A stretch of DNA of 32,000 nt, taken from assembly GCF_034003485.1 (NCBI RefSeq), contig NZ_JAVEYL010000023.1, forward strand, positions 27,410 to 59,409. The letters are read 5' to 3'. The position numbers and the translations under genes were made by a program. Numbering within the stretch: position 1 is the first letter of the stretch; the number at the start of each line of letters is the position of its first letter. Below, piece by piece: positions 28,069 to 32,000 of this stretch. The notes under the pieces were generated by a model that made no database searches, was not told the origin of the DNA, and worked only from the letters and a program-made list of their open reading frames with translations. The stretch comes from Thauera sp. Lineage in GTDB: Bacteria; Pseudomonadota; Gammaproteobacteria; Burkholderiales; Rhodocyclaceae.

Positions 28069-28641
28069 ATGGGACAAGCGAGAGTGATGACGGCAGCAGA
28101 GGTGCGGCGGGTGCTGGACTACGTGGCAACGAGGCCGCACGCAGCACGCAACAGGGCGTTGGTGCTGATGTCACATTGGGCGGGGCTGCGCGCGAAGGAG
28201 ATCGCCGCGCTGCGCTGCTGCGATGTGGTCGATGGAGCGGGGCGGGTGAAGGAAGAAGTGCTGCTGTCGGTCGAGCAGACCAAGGGCAAGCGTGGGCGCG
28301 TGGTGTACTTGGGGACCAAGATTCGCAAGGAACTCGCCACCTACCTGCGCGCCTGTCCGCCGCGCAGTGACGCATCGCCACTCTTTCCGACGCAGAAAGC
28401 ACCGACGCGCGGCTTCTCGGCGAACACGATGGCGCAGTTCTTCCACAAGCTCTACAAGGAAGCGGGCATCGAGGGTGCCAGCTCACACAGCGGTCGGCGC
28501 AGCTACTTGACGACCCTTGCCGACAAAGGCACAAGCATCCATATTCTCAAGACGCTGGCAGGGCATCAGAGCATCAGCACCACTGCGGTGTACTTGTTCA
28601 GCAGCCCATCGCAACTGAAGGCAGCAGCCGATTTGGTCTAA
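28069..28641 (+). CDS. short tyrosine recombinase (catalytic domain only, 190 aa)
   Basis: This is the in-frame part of ORF 27997..28641. GGAGGG precedes ATG 28069. Catalytic residues: WAGLRAKEI (Arg), TKGKRGR (Lys), SHSGRRS (HxxR), LAGHQSISTTAVYL (His, Tyr). There is no N-terminal core-binding domain. Confidence 0.8.
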   Translation: MGQARVMTAAEVRRVLDYVATRPHAARNRALVLMSHWAGLRAKEIAALRCCDVVDGAGRVKEEVLLSVEQTKGKRGRVVYLGTKIRKELATYLRACPPRSDASPLFPTQKAPTRGFSANTMAQFFHKLYKEAGIEGASSHSGRRSYLTTLADKGTSIHILKTLAGHQSISTTAVYLFSSPSQLKAAADLV

Positions 28642-28661
28642 ACGGGATACAGGAGAGGAGT

Positions 28662-29060
28662 GTGCGGGACTTCGAGAAGGCGTTGTGCGAGTGGGCGCAG
28701 GAGTATGACGAATACGAGGAGTGCCCCGACGCGATCAGCATCGTGTTCGACGGCTATAGCGAATCAGACGAAGAGGAAGGCTTAGAGGAAGCGCTACGGA
28801 AGCGATGCTACGCCGTCTTCGTTCACAAACAGTCGGCAACCGAACGCTTTGTATTCCCAGAACATGACACGATACATAGGTGGATCTTACATAGGCCTGA
28901 CGTGGAGGCGTGCTTTTATGTCTGGCTTCGCGCAGACGGCCAGGTAGAGTTTATTACGCAACTTGATAATGCTGCGGATGAAACGTGGGCGCGGGAGGTG
29001 ATTATGGCGCTGTGGCGGAAAGAGCGTGGCGAGGATGAAGAAGACAGTAGCGTCGTTTAA
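28662..29060 (+). CDS. hypothetical acidic protein (132 aa)
   Basis: ORF 28662..29060. GTG start with AGGAGAGGAG upstream, 20 nt after the recombinase stop. It has Asp/Glu-rich N- and C-terminal parts. I did not recognise a family. Confidence 0.55.
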   Translation: MRDFEKALCEWAQEYDEYEECPDAISIVFDGYSESDEEEGLEEALRKRCYAVFVHKQSATERFVFPEHDTIHRWILHRPDVEACFYVWLRADGQVEFITQLDNAADETWAREVIMALWRKERGEDEEDSSVV

Positions 29061-29069
29061 CGCGACGCT
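29049..29069. repeat. island palindrome family, copy (AGCGTCG-N7-CGACGCT)
   Basis: The sequence is AGCGTCGtttaacgCGACGCT. It spans the stop codon of 28662..29060, between convergent genes. Confidence 0.6.
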
Positions 29070-29074
29070 GTCAC

Positions 29075-29335
29075 TCAAAGCTTGGGCGGGAGTTTCTTGG
29101 TGATTTCGAGGTTTCGTAGTTGTCGCAGTAGCTGGTCTTTCTGCTGCTGCTCGGCGTCACGCTTGAGTCTGCCGTAAGCCATCAGTCCCATCACCAGTTC
29201 GGCTTTTGTTGGTTTCTTGCGTTTTTCGCTCTGTGCGCTTTGCTGGATGACAGATTGTATGCGCGACAAGCTCTGTGCGGAGTCAGTGGCGACTGAAGGT
29301 GGGTTGGCTGGCTGAACGATTTCGTTGATTTTCAT
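29075..29335 (-). CDS. hypothetical small protein (86 aa)
   Basis: This is the in-frame part of ORF 29075..29416, from ATG 29335 (MKINEIVQPANPP...). The longer ORF would run through the upstream terminator hairpin. A TATAAA-like box lies about 20 nt upstream. Confidence 0.45.
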   Translation of the reverse strand: MKINEIVQPANPPSVATDSAQSLSRIQSVIQQSAQSEKRKKPTKAELVMGLMAYGRLKRDAEQQQKDQLLRQLRNLEITKKLPPKL

Positions 29336-29371
29336 GGTGTGCTCTCTGCTGTATTTATAGGCGTGGAGATA

Positions 29372-29410
29372 ATAAAAAAGGGTTTGCGCCGTAGAAAGCG
29401 CAAACCCTCT
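29372..29410 (-). terminator. rho-independent terminator after the AAA+ gene
   Basis: Arms GGGTTTGCGC (29380..29389) and GCGCAAACCC (29398..29407) are perfectly complementary. On the minus strand the stem is followed by a T-run (A-run 29374..29379 on plus). Confidence 0.7.
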
Positions 29411-29412
29411 TT

Positions 29413-30078
29413 TCATAGCACTGTTAGTTGTAGTCGTTTAGGAGGAATCGGTGTTTTTCGAGTGGCTATTAGATCGTCAAGTTGGTTGAGGTAGCCGCGA
29501 AGGTCACCAGTTTTGACGACAGAGAGTTGTTTAACGAGCTCCGCTTGTGTAATCGCGATGTTCTCGTTGGCAAGTATTGAGGTCGCGCGAGGCAAGAATG
29601 AGTGAACGGAAATGGCTGGAAACTCGACACAGCGGCAGCGGGAGCGGATGCTTTGATGGATGGCCATTTGATTGTTGGTTGTGGCGAAGAGTGTGATGCG
29701 ATCAGCGAACGAATCCAGCGCCGTCCAGAGCTTTACGAGGTTTTTGGTGGCGTTATCGAACTCGTGTAGCACGAGGTAATAGCGCGCGTTCTCGTCCCCT
29801 AATTTAGTTAACTGGCATTGACGTTGTAGGTAGTCTTTCAAGTCTTTTTGGTCGAGAAGCTCAGAATAGTCCTTTTCTTCGACTATGGCGGACTCACCGC
29901 TGATCGCGTAGGGCAGTAGATCAGCAACGGTCGTTTTTCCAGTTCCGTTTGGCCCATAAAAGATGATGTTTTGGATGAGGTCGCCTCGGGCGACGGTGTT
30001 GATAAACTCGCGAACACTTTCGTTCGGGTAAATCACATCGGCAAGCGTGGTGGGCTTGTATTTGATTTGGCAGTTCAT
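29413..30078 (-). CDS. AAA+ ATPase resembling clamp-loader subunits (T4 gp44 / RFC small subunit-like), 221 aa
   Basis: ORF 29413..30078. Motifs: IKYKPTTLADVIYP (RFC box II-like KYRP), GPNGTGKTT (Walker A), LVLHEFD (Walker B position with His in place of Asp), LFATTNN (sensor 1) and IRSRCRCVEF (SRC motif). Confidence 0.8.
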   Translation of the reverse strand: MNCQIKYKPTTLADVIYPNESVREFINTVARGDLIQNIIFYGPNGTGKTTVADLLPYAISGESAIVEEKDYSELLDQKDLKDYLQRQCQLTKLGDENARYYLVLHEFDNATKNLVKLWTALDSFADRITLFATTNNQMAIHQSIRSRCRCVEFPAISVHSFLPRATSILANENIAITQAELVKQLSVVKTGDLRGYLNQLDDLIATRKTPIPPKRLQLTVL

Positions 30079-30108
30079 GATCGTCTCCGTGTATAAGTGA
30101 GGTTGTTA

Positions 30109-30918
30109 TTAAGCGGCGAGGCGCTCAACGGTAGGTTTTTTGGCGTAAGCGGACAGTTCCGCGTTGTCGCGGTTTTGCGCGTGGGCAGTTTCGAGATTTT
30201 GTTTTGCGATTCGAGTCAGCAGTTGGTTATAGATGATGTCATCGACGTCGAGCAGCGCAGCGACCACATCGACAGTGCCATCGAGTTTGGGTCGAGCAAG
30301 AAAGATAGCGTGATTTTTTGTGGCACCCGCAAACTCGAACGTGGCAAGAGGTTTTGCCGTATTCGTTTCAATGTCAGCGAGAGTCGCGTTTTTTGAGTTG
30401 GCGAGATCAGCGGCCTTTTTGATGGCGTCCTCGCTCTTTTTGATTTGGCGACGAACTTCTTCAATGCCGCCGTTATCGCGCAGCCAGTTCGCGAGCCCGT
30501 CATAGGTCACGCCGTGCGACTTTGCGGCAGTGAGAACGGACACATAACGATTGGCGCGCTTGCGGTCGGAGTTGAAGACGTAGCGGATGAACATGGTGAG
30601 CATGGTTGTGTTGCTTTGAACTTTGATGCCGCGTTCGTTGAGCGCCGCGGTGAGGTCGAGGCGGAGTTTTTTGCGCTCAGCGTCTTTTGCGTTGATGAAG
30701 TTTTCGTCGTAGAGCTTCAGGCAGTCAGCCAGCAGTCCGTAAAGGATGTCGGTCGCGGTTTTGTATTCGTTGTCAGTCCATGCCGCGCAACGCGTATGGA
30801 TAGCGTCGAGAGACGCGACGGTGGTGTTGGCGAACAAGTCGGCGTGAGCGTTGGTGGTTGCGCGGGCGATGGACGTGCGAACAGTGGCGTTGAGGCGGGA
30901 AGTGGAAGTCTTAGTCAT
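30109..30918 (-). CDS. hypothetical protein (269 aa)
   Basis: This is the in-frame part of ORF 30109..31029. GAGGT precedes ATG 30918 (MTKTSTSRLNATV...). It ends 30 nt before the AAA+ gene. I did not recognise a family. Confidence 0.65.
   Translation of the reverse strand: MTKTSTSRLNATVRTSIARATTNAHADLFANTTVASLDAIHTRCAAWTDNEYKTATDILYGLLADCLKLYDENFINAKDAERKKLRLDLTAALNERGIKVQSNTTMLTMFIRYVFNSDRKRANRYVSVLTAAKSHGVTYDGLANWLRDNGGIEEVRRQIKKSEDAIKKAADLANSKNATLADIETNTAKPLATFEFAGATKNHAIFLARPKLDGTVDVVAALLDVDDIIYNQLLTRIAKQNLETAHAQNRDNAELSAYAKKPTVERLAA
30802..30822. repeat. island palindrome family, copy inside a CDS (AGCGTCG-N7-CGACGgT)
   Basis: The sequence is AGCGTCGagagacgCGACGGT, within the 5' part of the 30109..30918 gene. 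Confidence 0.45.
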
Positions 30919-31060
30919 TTGGATTACCTCGTTAGGTTGTCGACGTAGCGGGTTGGAAGGAGATGCCGTGTGTGCTGCGTCGATGGGTGTAGTATCCGCT
31001 GTTAGCTGTTTGGGTAATACAAACCACAAAAACGTCGATCGAACTGGTTAACATCTTTGT

Positions 31061-31921
31061 ATGGCTACGAAGCGGCCGCGCCAGGCGTGGCATCTCTCAG
31101 GCACCGACTTCACGCAGCCAAGGCTCTACGCGCGGCAGGACTGGCGCTTCTTGCTCTTCTTTCAGTTCCTGCGTATCAGCCCGAGCTATGCGCTGGCGCT
31201 CGACTGTGAGCGCGAGCAGGAACTCGCGGAGCGTCTGGGCAGCGCGGAACGAGCGCGCAAGGTGTGGCGCACGCGGTGTGATATGGGGGATGTGTTCACC
31301 GTCCTGTTCAAGGACTGGTGGCAGGCACGCGGGCTCTCGCTTTTCGGCATACACACGGCCAAGCCCCGAGTAGTGGGCATCCGTCGCTTGCGGCCAAATG
31401 AAGACGCCGATGAGCGGCGTAAGCGTGTAGGTGCTGCTTATCGCCGCTTTGTCGAGGGGCGGTATAGAGAGCAGGGAAACCCCGACTCAGTGCTGATCTC
31501 GGTTCCGTTAGGAATGAAGCCTGCGTTGATGGTGCGACAGTTGAAACAACTGCTGGCGGAGGTCCAGGCTGAGCATCCGCCCGAACTACCAGTAGCGGCA
31601 TACGCCCTTGAGGAAAACAAGTTGCGCGAGGCGAGGCTCCTTGCGTGCTTGCGCCTGATCTACAAGCGCAGCGCGCGGCCCGACGAGGAACTATGGCGCG
31701 CTGCGGCACGGGCCAAGATCAGCGAAACGCATGTCGTCGATCCGCTGGCGAAGAAGAAGGACGCCAAGAGTGCCGAGGCACGACGTATGCTGACGATCAT
31801 GGCAAGTCGCCTGTCGCGTGACGCACTCATGATTGCCGAGAACGCTGCGGCGGGTAAATTTCCATCGATGGAAGGTAAGCGCTCCACGAACCCCATCCTT
31901 CCGGGGCTCGCTACGCTGTGA
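31061..31921 (+). CDS. hypothetical protein, 3' end probably replaced by an IS insertion
   Basis: ORF 31061..31921 (MATKRPRQAWHLSGTDFTQPRLYARQDWRFLLFFQFLRISPSY...). The last ~15 codons lie beyond a GTAAGCG motif at 31875 that looks like an IS66-family terminus. Confidence 0.6.
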   Translation: MATKRPRQAWHLSGTDFTQPRLYARQDWRFLLFFQFLRISPSYALALDCEREQELAERLGSAERARKVWRTRCDMGDVFTVLFKDWWQARGLSLFGIHTAKPRVVGIRRLRPNEDADERRKRVGAAYRRFVEGRYREQGNPDSVLISVPLGMKPALMVRQLKQLLAEVQAEHPPELPVAAYALEENKLREARLLACLRLIYKRSARPDEELWRAAARAKISETHVVDPLAKKKDAKSAEARRMLTIMASRLSRDALMIAENAAAGKFPSMEGKRSTNPILPGLATL

Positions 31922-32000
31922 TCAACTGCTCAGCCTTGAGACTCCAGGGCAGGAGGGCCTCGAAGTGTTCGACGGTGGTCGCGGTAGGCAAGGCGCGCAG
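31875..32000 (-). mobile_element. probable end of an IS66-family insertion sequence (continues beyond the window)
   Basis: GTAAGCG at 31875..31881 is the typical outer terminus of IS66-family inverted repeats, as I recall. Thirty-six nt inward, a minus-strand reading frame ends ...TVEHFEALLPWSLKAEQLITA*, resembling IS66 TnpC C-termini (..ELLPWN..). Confidence 0.4.
31911..32000 (-). CDS. C-terminal fragment of a putative IS66-family transposase (5' part outside the window)
   Basis: The reverse complement reads LRALPTATTVEHFEALLPWSLKAEQLITA then stop (TAG at 31913..31911), open to the window edge. It is too short to be in the ORF track. Confidence 0.35.
   Translation of the reverse strand: MRALPTATTVEHFEALLPWSLKAEQLITA

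Larger units (their letters stand above)
24053..32000. mobile_element. putative integrated genomic island (left boundary near the porin terminator; right end outside the window)
   Basis: An integrase gene sits immediately after a housekeeping-gene terminator. G+C drops visibly (hand count 21/60 in line 27661 against 48/60 in line 241). The segment contains a second recombinase, an IS end and genes of unknown function. No flanking direct repeats could be checked. Confidence 0.55.

Noticed and set aside
27695-28534. 279-aa minus-strand ORF, and the 82-aa plus ORF at 27705..27953, in the AT-rich hub
   Set aside because: The first runs antisense through the short recombinase gene and into the repeat-rich intergenic region. 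Both have Ser/Cys/Arg/Phe-rich low-complexity translations and no ribosome-binding site.
30109-30918. Idea that the 269-aa protein upstream of the gp44-like ATPase is a sliding clamp (by analogy with T4 gene order 45-44-62)
   Set aside because: The sequence looks predominantly helical and Ala/Leu/Lys-rich in its first two thirds. It shows no resemblance to the gp45/PCNA/beta-clamp repeat pattern that I could see. This remains to be tested by structure prediction.

Overview
This is a very GC-rich, proteobacterial-type chromosome segment. The gene order looks betaproteobacterial, but that is inference only. It ends in a compositionally foreign island. Region 1-3.7 kb holds cytochrome oxidase assembly genes (DUF2909, SURF1, ctaA, ctaB/cyoE). 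Region 3.7-8.4 kb (minus strand) holds recQ, a MerR-type regulator with a cobalamin-binding domain (CarH/LitR-like), and a Na/Pi cotransporter. Region 8.5-16.9 kb is a ten-gene operon, mostly translationally coupled: small secreted ORF, folE2, FAD amine-oxidase-like, DUF1365, CFA-synthase-like methyltransferase, chalcone-isomerase-like, MFS, DUF3833 lipoprotein, SDR, NTF2-like. A 15-bp palindrome found at its promoter also sits in the regulator's promoter. Region 16.9-22.8 kb carries six type II toxin-antitoxin loci packed around SCO1 and rpoH, and rpoH has a perfect CIRCE operator. A porin gene with a strong terminator follows. From about 24.05 kb to the window end lies a lower-GC island. It encodes a tyrosine integrase fused in frame to a degenerate DUF4160 domain and a 568-aa protein with Pol I/T7-like polymerase motifs read by eye. 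It also encodes a catalytic-domain-only tyrosine recombinase, a T4 gp44/RFC-like AAA+ ATPase with an altered Walker B, and several unknowns. Other island features are a recurring 21-bp palindrome, an AT-rich repeat-dense intergenic hub, and an apparent IS66-family end. I could not place this island module in any named system, and it is my top candidate for something new. I saw no rRNA, tRNA or CRISPR array. All homology calls rest on motif recognition by eye and need profile or structure searches.
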